Positions 37,514 to 46,210 of a stretch of 64,000 bases of DNA are shown here, piece after piece (the first letter of the stretch is position 1; the number at the start of each line of letters is the position of its first letter). The DNA comes from an uncultured virus (IMG/VR IMGVR_UViG_3300031758_009617) (Duplodnaviria > Heunggongvirae > Uroviricota > Caudoviricetes). The translations under genes were made by a program, and so were the position numbers. The DNA is taken from the IMG/VR virus record IMGVR_UViG_3300031758_009617. One strand, 5' to 3'. Under the pieces are notes generated by a model. The model was not told the DNA's origin. It worked only from the letters and a program-made list of their open reading frames with translations, and did no database searches.

Positions 37514-38490
37514 TATCCCACCATAAAGTCAACAGGAAGTTCGTAACGACTTTGCATTTCTATTTCGATTTGACGAATTTCTTCCATGGATTCTTCGAAC
37601 ATACGTTGTCCATCCATTTGAACGCCGCCCGGAAGTTGCATACCTTGGAACTTCTTTAAGTTTGTACCCCATTGACGTTTGATAAGGGCTGTGGCATATC
37701 TCTTTAAAAACATATCATTATATACTTCTGTGAATGTTTCTGGTTCAACCATCACAAAAGCCTCAACTGCCACATAATCACCCTCAGAGAAAGTTTCTTC
37801 CCAATTTACATCAATATACAAACGATTCATTTTTCTATTGAAACGAATAGTTCTATTACCCGCAAACATATCATCAAGTAATTGTAAGTGCATTTTCACT
37901 TGATTGTAATATGTAACATCAGATGACAACAAATTATACATGTCATTCAATCTGAATTGATATACAACATTGAAAATATTTGTGGTGCCTGCTGAACTTG
38001 ATCCTGCTGACCCCAATGGGAAAACGCGGATAACACCTGTGACCGGGTCCGCTACATCAAAATATTTTTTTGCAAATGTTCCTGCAAAATATGGATTCGT
38101 GTTTCGAAGTGTAGTTGAAAATCCTGAATTGGAACCTGTAATAACTTCACTAGCAACGAAAGGTCTTAAAGGATCATCTCCTTTAATAACTAAAATACCA
38201 GGTGATTTTCTAACAACAACACCTATGGCTTCTGATGTTGCCCCTTCTACGGTCTCACCTATCTCAAAATTTTCACCTAAAATACCTGAAAGAAAGAGTT
38301 CAGATAAAGTGATTTTTGGGGTGAAATAAACACGTTCCACCCCATCGAAATGATACTCATGAAAGAAGTCAATGGCATCTTGAATTCTATCTTCTATTTG
38401 GTCGTCATCTACATTGATTTCAATGACGGGATACCCTAAACGACGCAAACAATAATCTTTTAATTGTTGTCGTGTGGTTATTGCTGTCAT
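37513..38490 (-). CDS. 13: Neck protein gp13
   Basis: LKDYCLRRLGYPVIEINV, EYHFDG, KRYATALIKRQWG, LPGGV. Confidence 0.96.
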   Translation of the reverse strand: MTAITTRQQLKDYCLRRLGYPVIEINVDDDQIEDRIQDAIDFFHEYHFDGVERVYFTPKITLSELFLSGILGENFEIGETVEGATSEAIGVVVRKSPGILVIKGDDPLRPFVASEVITGSNSGFSTTLRNTNPYFAGTFAKKYFDVADPVTGVIRVFPLGSAGSSSAGTTNIFNVVYQFRLNDMYNLLSSDVTYYNQVKMHLQLLDDMFAGNRTIRFNRKMNRLYIDVNWEETFSEGDYVAVEAFVMVEPETFTEVYNDMFLKRYATALIKRQWGTNLKKFQGMQLPGGVQMDGQRMFEESMEEIRQIEIEMQSRYELPVDFMVG

Positions 38491-38540
38491 AATCTTCCTC
38501 AACTATTGATATGAGTACAATAACTATTTATAAGAATTGA

Positions 38541-39644
38541 TTATGTGTGCGTTGTTTTGAAGTGATTATCAAGCCAATTCCAATCAACAGTGTTCCGTAA
38601 TTCATCGGGGGAATCTTTATATCGTAGAGCAAATTCATGCCCTTCTTTTGCACCAATAAGTACCCAATTACTATGAACTCCCTCGGCAAACGCCATCCAA
38701 CGTGCCAACCAATGTTGGTCATTTATTGAATTTCGTAACGTGAGTTTCACACACTCACGGAATGCTGTTCGCCAAGCCTCAAATGGACTAGTGGCAAATG
38801 TGGCTTCTGATACGGTTCGCGGCACTGTATGAATGGGACTATATGAGGTGAAGTCCAGACCAAAGTTTTCAGGGGTGCTAAGAACCAAATCGGTATTATA
38901 TGCCACGACACCCATGTGTCCATATTCTAGACGATTACTCATATTTTTAGCATTAAATACGAGATGTGCCCGCGGTGCATCTTTTACTGGATAATCAAAA
39001 ATTGTTTTGTCAGTTAATTTGTTTTTTCCTGTGACTACAAAGAAGTGGGATGCCCCTTCTGATAAATCCACACAGCGTAAAAACATTTTTCTACGACCGT
39101 TAATTCCATCAATACGGACAGCTCGCGGACACATTTTAACAAGGTGTTCCCAATTCTCATCTGCATTTGTTTCGCCGTTACTGGCAAAAAATACAGGAGT
39201 TTCTAAATTTTCTGTGCGATTAAATTTCAATGTGTGAATTGCTGCTAGAGGATTGACATCAACAATAATCTTTTCCGGCCAGTCCCATGGATCCACACTT
39301 TGAGATTGATATTCTCTGATAGTTTTGGGGTCTCCTGCCCAACCTGCAATGAATACAAGTTCATCATTTTTTCGAACAACGAATACTAAAGGAGCTGAAA
39401 TGTGTTGCCACTTGCCATTGGCATGCTGATAAATTTTTCTCTCTGAGCCTTTTTCTTCCAACACATTGATGTATTCATAAATGGTGAGTTCCTTTTCACC
39501 CGCCTGAGCCCACCCTTTAGAATCTCGGACTGTCTGTTCAAAATCAGTGAACCAGCCAAGAGAACGAACCCATGGCTTTGTTTCAACAATCCAATATTTC
39601 GTGAACAAATCACTATGGGCTAACCAACTTTCACCTTTCAACAT
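38541..39644 (-). CDS. Glycosyltransferase-like (GT-A-type) phage protein
   Basis: C-terminal half PVFFASNGETNADENW...RIDGING...LEYGHMGV...AWRTAFRECVKL resembles a GT-like family common in environmental phages; lacks a canonical DxD (VVTGK). Confidence 0.5.
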   Translation of the reverse strand: MLKGESWLAHSDLFTKYWIVETKPWVRSLGWFTDFEQTVRDSKGWAQAGEKELTIYEYINVLEEKGSERKIYQHANGKWQHISAPLVFVVRKNDELVFIAGWAGDPKTIREYQSQSVDPWDWPEKIIVDVNPLAAIHTLKFNRTENLETPVFFASNGETNADENWEHLVKMCPRAVRIDGINGRRKMFLRCVDLSEGASHFFVVTGKNKLTDKTIFDYPVKDAPRAHLVFNAKNMSNRLEYGHMGVVAYNTDLVLSTPENFGLDFTSYSPIHTVPRTVSEATFATSPFEAWRTAFRECVKLTLRNSINDQHWLARWMAFAEGVHSNWVLIGAKEGHEFALRYKDSPDELRNTVDWNWLDNHFKTTHT

Positions 39645-39645
39645 A

Positions 39646-40344
39646 TTATGACTCCTTCTTCATTTTAGCTTTATGTTTTTTAACAATCTTTTCGTCATTC
39701 ACATCAATGGATGGACCAAACGCCCATTGTCCTACATGACGTACTTGGCGGCTGAGATTCATGTCCACCCAAATCTTATATCCCGCATCGCGTAATTTCT
39801 TTTGGAAGTAGAAATCTTCACCATGCCATTCTTTATCTTTATACTCAAAAGCAAAATAGGGAGGTTGAATTTTTGTTAACACTTCGGTTTTCATCATGAC
39901 ACACCCCATGCCAACCCCCTCAACTTCTTGTAATTCTTGGTCATATTCCAATGGCAACCAATTGTCCCAGTCACCTCGTTCAGGATAGGCAACTGTCTGT
40001 AAAGGAACAGAACGTTTCATGTAGTTGGAACAGACAACATCCTTATTGTGTCCCATTAATCGTAATGCTGCACTGCTGGGAAATAACATGTCAGAATCTA
40101 GCCATAGGGCATAATCAGCGTTAATTTCAAGTGCTTGTTGTGCCAACTTTTCTCGTTGGGTTAATAGAATAGTACTTTGATTATAAAGTACATGCACATC
40201 AATACCCACCATCGTTGTTGTTTTCACTAATTCAACAAGTGATGATGCGAATAAACTGTACATATTTTCTCGACATGGAACAAGAATTGCCAATTTCGTG
40301 GGTTGAAATCTCCATGCACTCAAACCATAAATGTTCTTCTTCAT
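39646..40344 (-). CDS. GT2-like glycosyltransferase
   Basis: WLDSDMLFP (DxD), GVGMGCVMM, GEDFYF, HVG. Confidence 0.8.
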   Translation of the reverse strand: MKKNIYGLSAWRFQPTKLAILVPCRENMYSLFASSLVELVKTTTMVGIDVHVLYNQSTILLTQREKLAQQALEINADYALWLDSDMLFPSSAALRLMGHNKDVVCSNYMKRSVPLQTVAYPERGDWDNWLPLEYDQELQEVEGVGMGCVMMKTEVLTKIQPPYFAFEYKDKEWHGEDFYFQKKLRDAGYKIWVDMNLSRQVRHVGQWAFGPSIDVNDEKIVKKHKAKMKKES

Positions 40345-40799
40345 ACACCCGCCAATCCTTGTGCCAATGATGTAGTGGATGTTGTGATGTCACGAATCAT
40401 CGTGACAATTTCATAAACTCGCTTCACCACCAATTGATAATCAGCAAGTGGGAGTTGTGTGATGATATTTAATGTTTCAATACCATATCGGTCAAAAATT
40501 AATACTTCCATGGCGGCTTGACGAGCAAATTTTTCAATCAAAGCGAAACGAGCGGTTTGTGGCTCATTCACCAAAAGATTGTAGCAATGTTCATGCCCTG
40601 TTTCTTCAAGAATTTCTTCAAGTAGTTGTATTCTTTCAGGCCACTTGTTTTCTTCCTTTAGATATTTCAATTCATACAGAAGTTCAGTTAACTTCTTTTT
40701 ATCATGGGCAACGGTAACCCATCGGACATATCGTTCTTCATATTCCGATGGGTTTTCGTTGATGACATCTAATAATTGTTCAAATGTAATTGTACTCAT
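40341..40799 (-). CDS. Hypothetical helical protein
   Basis: 152 aa ORF with GGAG RBS, ATGA-coupled to the GT2 gene. Confidence 0.7.
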   Translation of the reverse strand: MSTITFEQLLDVINENPSEYEERYVRWVTVAHDKKKLTELLYELKYLKEENKWPERIQLLEEILEETGHEHCYNLLVNEPQTARFALIEKFARQAAMEVLIFDRYGIETLNIITQLPLADYQLVVKRVYEIVTMIRDITTSTTSLAQGLAGV

Positions 40800-40826
40800 G
40801 TTTCACTCCACAAAAAGAATAGTAAA

Positions 40827-40855
40827 AATATAATATGTTAATATCTATTTGTCAA
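40827..40855 (-). promoter_or_regulatory. Sigma70-type promoter inside the late structural region
   Basis: TTGACA-N17-TATATT. Confidence 0.6.
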
Positions 40856-40863
40856 TATGTATA

Positions 40864-41070
40864 TTAGTAGTTGAAAGGCGTGGTTCTTCCACCAAAATCA
40901 ATAGATAGGCGTACTTGACCTGATAGATTAATGTTTGGTGCAGTACCTACAGGATTGTTATTAACCGCCTGTGCCAAGTCAGCACGTAATCGAGCTGCTC
41001 CTGATAGGCCGTATGCATTACGCACACGGCCCATCGTTATAGCGGAACCAGTTGCTGGTAGTAACCCCAT
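40864..41070 (-). CDS. Small fibre-associated protein (adhesin-type N-terminal module only)
   Basis: MGLLPATGSAITMGRV...GQVRLSIDFGG; directly follows an S74 fibre; GGAG RBS. Confidence 0.6.
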   Translation of the reverse strand: MGLLPATGSAITMGRVRNAYGLSGAARLRADLAQAVNNNPVGTAPNINLSGQVRLSIDFGGRTTPFNY

Positions 41071-41082
41071 GACGTACTCCTA

Positions 41083-43512
41083 TTATCTTTGCTTTTTCAA
41101 TTCAGCAACTTCAGCTTGTAATTCCTTGATAGCTTCAATCAAAAGAGGAACAAGTTTTTCATACTTTACCGTCAAATATTTATCATCAATGGGAGCAGAT
41201 GCCACAGCTTCAGGTAATACTTCCTGCACTTCTTGGGCACTTACACCGATTTGCATCTTATCATTACTATATCCCAATGACTTGGCAAGTTCATTTTCTG
41301 TGAAGTAGTAACCATTTAATGCCGCTACCTTTTCACCTGCCTTTTCAATCTTCCCATGGAAGTTCTTTAGTCGTGCGTCAGAGTAATAGGCTGTGATTTC
41401 GTTTGTTGCCCGAATTTCACCTGCTGTACCTGATGCCCCTGTATTGACACCTATACTATTGAATTGTACGTTTGAGGATGTTGCTACTGCTTGTCCGATA
41501 GACACCGTTACGCTGCCTGTTGAGGCTGATGCAGACACACCTGTTCCTCCAGTGATACCTGTGACACCCGCATTTGTCAAGGTTATTGAACTACCAAGTG
41601 CAACAGAACCGCCGCCTGACATACCTGTGCCCGCTGTGACAGTAACGGAACTGTTAGACAACTTAGCGTTGGCAATACTGCCTGCCAACATGGTATTCGT
41701 AACTGTACTTGAATCACCTGATGTAATCACAGTACCTGTTGTAGCGGGTAATGTGATTGTTGTGGTGCCTGCTGTTGCTGCAGGTTGTAATGTCACTGTA
41801 CCTGATGTTGAGCCTGGCATTGCCACACTTGAAATACCTGTCAACGCTAAGTTTGCCGAACCTCGATTAATGGCAACGGCCGTGGTACCAATGTTCATCG
41901 TTTGATTGGTTGCCGCTACAGTGACAGAACCTGTACTGCCGTTAACAGCAGTTACACCTGAGTTGGTGATGGTGACAGCACCGGTGCCGCCTGACACAGA
42001 AATACCTGTGCCCGCAACAGCACTTGTTACACCTGAGTTGGTGATAGTGACAGCACCTGTAGCACCTGACACAGAAATACCTGTACCTGCCACGTTACTT
42101 GTGACACCTGTATTGGCAATTGTGACACCTGCGGATCCGTTATAACTTGTGCCTGACAACCCAGTACCAATTGTCAATGTATTTAAATTACTACCTAACG
42201 CCACACCTGAGATGGTACTATTAGTAAGTTTAGTATTAGCAATACTTCCCGCCAACATGGTGTTTGTGACACTTCCTGTGTCACCTGTTGTAACAACAGT
42301 ACCTGTTACTGCTGGGATAGTAAGAGTGTTAGTGCCTGCTGTTGCAGCAGGAGATACTGTGATGGTTCCTGATGTTGAACCTTTGAGGAACAAACTCTTA
42401 CCCGAGGCAATTTCAATGTGCTCAGAACTTGTCCAGGCACCTGTAGAGTTTACCCAATTAAATGTTTTGTCTGTTGTACCTTTTAATGTGATACCACCAT
42501 TATCAGCCGTTGTATTGGAAGGAGATGAAACAGCACCTAATTCAATATTCTTATCGTCAACAGAAATTGTTGTTGAATTAATTGTAGTAGTTGTACCGTT
42601 CACAGTTAAATCGCCACTCAATGTCAAATTAGCGGCGCTAACGGTTCCTGTGAATGTAGGGCTAGCAGAGAATACTAAAGTACCTGTGCCTGTTTCATCT
42701 GTGACTGCTGCAAGAAGATTTGCGCTTGTTGGTGTTGCTAAGAATGTGGCAACACCTGTACCCAATCCAGAAATACCTGTTGATACAGGAAGACCGGTAC
42801 AGTTTGATAAAGTACCTGACGTAGGTGTACCAAGAACAGGTGTAACAAGTGTTGGGGTATTGGCAAATACCAAGGCGCCTGTACCTGTCTCGTCTGAAAG
42901 TACTCCTGCCAATTCAGACGATGATGTTGAGGCAAATGCACTGAGATTATTTGATGTATATGCCACGGTACCGCCTGCGCCAAATGCCACAGAACTTGAA
43001 TCGGTACCTGTAAGTGTCAATGTGTTACTTGCTGTTAATGTCTTGCCATCAGCAATGGTTAATGTTGCTGATGTCGCGGGAGCTGTGATGGCAACTTTGT
43101 TGACACTAGTTGCTGTTGCCACACCTAACGTGGGTGTGACAAGTGTTGGGGTATTGGCAAACACCAATGCGCCTGTGCCTGTTTCATCTGTGACAGCCGC
43201 TAATAGGTTGGCACTTGATGGTGTTGCTAAGAATGTGGCAACACCTGTGCCCAATCCTGAAATACCTGTTGATACAGGAAGTCCTGAGCAGTTGGTTAAT
43301 GTGCCTGAACTGGGAGTTCCCAATGCACCACCACTAGAAAGTAATGTGGCTGATCCTGAGGGAACTGTTAATGTTGAATTTCCTGATGTTGTTAATGTCA
43401 AACTGTGGGCGTTTGACATTGTAAGAGTTGCTCCTGCAACACCTACATTTGTAATACTTTGAGCGTTGTTATCTAATCCATTTTTTGCGACAAAACGTTT
43501 TGTGGTTGCCAT
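41083..43512 (-). CDS. Long tail fibre with C-terminal intramolecular chaperone (peptidase S74)
   Basis: Gly/Thr/Ser-rich repeats; YYSDARLKN...GVSAQEVQEVLPEAV...VKYEKLVPLLIEAIKEL. Confidence 0.9.
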   Translation of the reverse strand: MATTKRFVAKNGLDNNAQSITNVGVAGATLTMSNAHSLTLTTSGNSTLTVPSGSATLLSSGGALGTPSSGTLTNCSGLPVSTGISGLGTGVATFLATPSSANLLAAVTDETGTGALVFANTPTLVTPTLGVATATSVNKVAITAPATSATLTIADGKTLTASNTLTLTGTDSSSVAFGAGGTVAYTSNNLSAFASTSSSELAGVLSDETGTGALVFANTPTLVTPVLGTPTSGTLSNCTGLPVSTGISGLGTGVATFLATPTSANLLAAVTDETGTGTLVFSASPTFTGTVSAANLTLSGDLTVNGTTTTINSTTISVDDKNIELGAVSSPSNTTADNGGITLKGTTDKTFNWVNSTGAWTSSEHIEIASGKSLFLKGSTSGTITVSPAATAGTNTLTIPAVTGTVVTTGDTGSVTNTMLAGSIANTKLTNSTISGVALGSNLNTLTIGTGLSGTSYNGSAGVTIANTGVTSNVAGTGISVSGATGAVTITNSGVTSAVAGTGISVSGGTGAVTITNSGVTAVNGSTGSVTVAATNQTMNIGTTAVAINRGSANLALTGISSVAMPGSTSGTVTLQPAATAGTTTITLPATTGTVITSGDSSTVTNTMLAGSIANAKLSNSSVTVTAGTGMSGGGSVALGSSITLTNAGVTGITGGTGVSASASTGSVTVSIGQAVATSSNVQFNSIGVNTGASGTAGEIRATNEITAYYSDARLKNFHGKIEKAGEKVAALNGYYFTENELAKSLGYSNDKMQIGVSAQEVQEVLPEAVASAPIDDKYLTVKYEKLVPLLIEAIKELQAEVAELKKQR
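42672..43323 (-). repeat. Internal ~55-aa duplication within the tail fibre
   Basis: LGTP(S/T)SGTL(T/S)NC(S/T)GLPVSTGISGLGTGVATFLATP(S/T)SANLLAAVTDETGTG occurs twice with shared DNA runs. Confidence 0.85.
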
Positions 43513-43536
43513 GATTCTCTATCCTCGGTGGCAGGG

Positions 43537-44040
43537 TTACTGTGTATTTATATTACCATATAGTAGATACAATCTCACACAGCTATCGGCTGATAGTGTT
43601 ACATCACTATTGTCTATCCAATATTTTGTGGGGATGACTAGATGTGTATGATTTTGAAGTGCGTGTACGCACCCCTGGTCAAGTTCTAAAGGAAATGGTT
43701 CCATAATAAACTCATCCCCTTGACGAATATGCATAACTCTGTCCTGCGGAGAAAGCGCGGCCAATGATACTACAGCCATGTGAGTGGGTGTAATAGGAAA
43801 CACATTATTCTGTATGATATCGTTAAGATTTATCTTAGTGGATTGGTGTGATATTTTGATTGTTCCTGCAATTTGTAGATTTTCATTGTTGAAATATTCA
43901 GTTACATGATGTCTATACTTTATACACATAGCCATATCTATGGTAGAGTTCAGAATAATGTATTCTGAAATTTCTAATGATTCTGCGAGACAGTCTAGAC
44001 GTTCAGACTGTGTAAGAAAATTACTTATTGTTTTAGGCAT
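43537..44040 (-). CDS. Hypothetical protein
   Basis: ORF fills the gap between the adhesin-like gene and the fibre; start at MPKT inferred. Confidence 0.55.
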   Translation of the reverse strand: MPKTISNFLTQSERLDCLAESLEISEYIILNSTIDMAMCIKYRHHVTEYFNNENLQIAGTIKISHQSTKINLNDIIQNNVFPITPTHMAVVSLAALSPQDRVMHIRQGDEFIMEPFPLELDQGCVHALQNHTHLVIPTKYWIDNSDVTLSADSCVRLYLLYGNINTQ

Positions 44041-44051
44041 GATAATAAAAG

Positions 44052-44915
44052 TTAGCAGGAACCAACAAAATAACTTAAACACCCATTCGTCATATAATAG
44101 ATATATACTCCATTATTATATGTTCCTGTGTGGGATACACAACTACCATCTCCAGTATAGTAACATGCATTTGAGTCATAATATAAATCAACTCTCGAAC
44201 TATCACCACAATCACTATTAAATGCCCAGAATCCCGTGCCATTTGCACTACAACATGCACTACCGGTGTGGTTTCCCCCACAAGAACCGCCACCACCTCC
44301 AGTATAACCACATGTGGGAGAATCATATTCAGCAACATCTACATATGAACCACAATTCCCATTAGCAAAATTTCCATACAGAGTATATCCACTACAATAT
44401 GCAGTTGACAAATATTCCCCGTATTGAGGTGGTGGGGCATAAAGTGTATATGTGGGCCCAAAAGGTAAATATTGTCCTGTGTTATAATTGTATAATCGCA
44501 TACGAAAAGATACATTCTGGCAGGCTACCTCTGTACTAGCGTTTACCGTACCTGTTGTACCACTGAATCCATATAATCCGGAATAACTACCTGTTGTAAT
44601 ATTTTGCACCTGTATATAATAGGGGCCTGAACTCGGTATGGAAAAAGATAGTGAGTAAACATAGTTGTTACCTGCCCCACTATCATATGTTACCGCATTG
44701 GTTATAGTGGGACCCACTGAGGCTGTATGGTTATACCCCCGCCATTCTGACATTGTGTGGGGTGCTTGACCATTTGGTCTAGATGTTGAACCGGTATTTA
44801 TTGTTACATATGAGCCTATTTCTGCCAAACGTAATCCTATACTGGCAGTAAGGCTTCGCCCCAATTCTTGGTTAATGTTCCCTAGAGAAACGGCACCTGA
44901 TGATTGGATAGCCAT
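44052..44915 (-). CDS. Putative fibre-tip adhesin, Cys/Gly/Tyr-rich C-terminus
   Basis: N-terminus MAIQSSGAVSLGNINQELG...PHTMSEWRGYNH is paralogous to that of 52653..54098; 12 Cys. Confidence 0.65.
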   Translation of the reverse strand: MAIQSSGAVSLGNINQELGRSLTASIGLRLAEIGSYVTINTGSTSRPNGQAPHTMSEWRGYNHTASVGPTITNAVTYDSGAGNNYVYSLSFSIPSSGPYYIQVQNITTGSYSGLYGFSGTTGTVNASTEVACQNVSFRMRLYNYNTGQYLPFGPTYTLYAPPPQYGEYLSTAYCSGYTLYGNFANGNCGSYVDVAEYDSPTCGYTGGGGGSCGGNHTGSACCSANGTGFWAFNSDCGDSSRVDLYYDSNACYYTGDGSCVSHTGTYNNGVYIYYMTNGCLSYFVGSC

Positions 44916-45634
44916 TAGACATTGATTGCTGTTGCTACAATCTTATACACCGTTGAGGCATTTGCAGGTGTTGTCAACAGACGAAGATTGCCCCCTGAGA
45001 TATCTGCATCAAATGACGCCAATGATACCCCTGTCAAAATAGTACCATATTCAGTGATGTATGCATCAGTTCCATCGTGGATGATACTTACTTCAGTCAT
45101 ATGATATGCAGAACCTGATGTGATGGAAATTTGATATTTCACACTTCTATACGTTGCAATTGCAATACTATCCGCTACTTGATTTGCTGTTGTGGCGGAG
45201 GTTGTCAGTGTAGCTGAACGAAGAATACCGTTAGCCAATGCAACCGATGTTGCTGATGCCACACCCAACGTAGGTGTTGTCAGTGTAGGACTTGTTAGCG
45301 TAGGACTTGTTAGCGTCTTGTTTGTTAATGTTTCTGTGCCCGCTAACGTGGCAAAATCGCTGTCAGTTAACGCGGTATTAAATTCTGCAATAGTCCCTGT
45401 TATTGTGTTATTACCTAACGTAACAGTTTTGTTTGTTAATGTAGACACACTTGTAGGTGTAATGGCTGTTGTATTAGACAAATCAGATTTTGCCAAAGAA
45501 AACCCACCTTGGGTGGTGCCATCATGAACACGTAGAGTTTTAAGAGTTGTGTCTACCGAAATTTCACCCGCAGCGCCGGTGAAATTATTATTTTGTGTTG
45601 TTGTTCCTCTACGAAACTGCACCTGTGTTGGCAT
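44915..45634 (-). CDS. Fibre-like virion protein with Mtd-type N-terminal domain
   Basis: MPTQVQFRRGTT...FTGAAGEISVDT...VHDG; TLTNKT repeats; C-terminal YRSVKYQI...IIHDGT...TEYG domain. Confidence 0.75.
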   Translation of the reverse strand: MPTQVQFRRGTTTQNNNFTGAAGEISVDTTLKTLRVHDGTTQGGFSLAKSDLSNTTAITPTSVSTLTNKTVTLGNNTITGTIAEFNTALTDSDFATLAGTETLTNKTLTSPTLTSPTLTTPTLGVASATSVALANGILRSATLTTSATTANQVADSIAIATYRSVKYQISITSGSAYHMTEVSIIHDGTDAYITEYGTILTGVSLASFDADISGGNLRLLTTPANASTVYKIVATAINV

Positions 45635-45665
45635 CTATAAATCTCCTGTATCTCTATATTTTATA

Positions 45666-46019
45666 TTAAAGACTTTCTAAATCTGTTTCTAACAAAGATC
45701 CTGCCGGTGTCGTTAAACAATCATAGGATCTACTCACTAAGACGCCAAACGCATCTACAGTTAAAGCATCTAAATCCCCGTAATCTCCTGACGGGAACAC
45801 TGAGCCTAACAAAGCAGTTTCAACAGCATCTAAACGGGTGTCAATTTCACTTGGATCAATATCAACGTAATTGGCAACAGGTACAATTTCATCATTTGAT
45901 TTTCTAATATAAAAGATTTTATCAATTGAATTTATAGCAAGTTCACCAACCGCCAAATCATTGACGGTTGGTATAGCTAATGCTAACTCGCTTCTTTTAA
46001 GTTTAATTATTGTTGCCAT
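45666..46019 (-). CDS. Short virion/fibre protein
   Basis: IKLKRS...P...LAVGELAIN fibre N-terminal module; GDYGDL. Confidence 0.65.
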   Translation of the reverse strand: MATIIKLKRSELALAIPTVNDLAVGELAINSIDKIFYIRKSNDEIVPVANYVDIDPSEIDTRLDAVETALLGSVFPSGDYGDLDALTVDAFGVLVSRSYDCLTTPAGSLLETDLESL

Positions 46020-46189
46020 TGACTATTTTCTTCAGATGCCGGGGAAGTATCTAACTTCTTTTTCATTTCTTCCAACTCCTCTTGGGTGAGAGCAAGTTGG
46101 GCAGATAACATTGTTTTTTCCATTGTTAACTGTTTGACTTGTTCACCCAAAGAGGCGATGTACTTGTTTAAAAGTTTTTGTGTGTCCAT
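46007..46189 (-). CDS. Small coiled-coil protein
   Basis: 60 aa with heptad pattern, between fibre genes. Confidence 0.55.
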   Translation of the reverse strand: MDTQKLLNKYIASLGEQVKQLTMEKTMLSAQLALTQEELEEMKKKLDTSPASEENSQWQQ

Positions 46190-46210
46190 AACGAGTCTCT
46201 ATTCAGATTA

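Noticed and set aside
41393..43462. Long plus-strand Val/Pro-rich ORFs (up to 437 aa)
   Set aside because: Antisense shadows of Gly/Thr/Ala codons in the fibre gene; no RBS or recognisable motifs.
44915..45634. Diversity-generating retroelement suggested by the Mtd-like N-terminus
   Set aside because: No reverse transcriptase, no adenine-variable template/variable repeat pair and no C-type lectin domain seen in the window.
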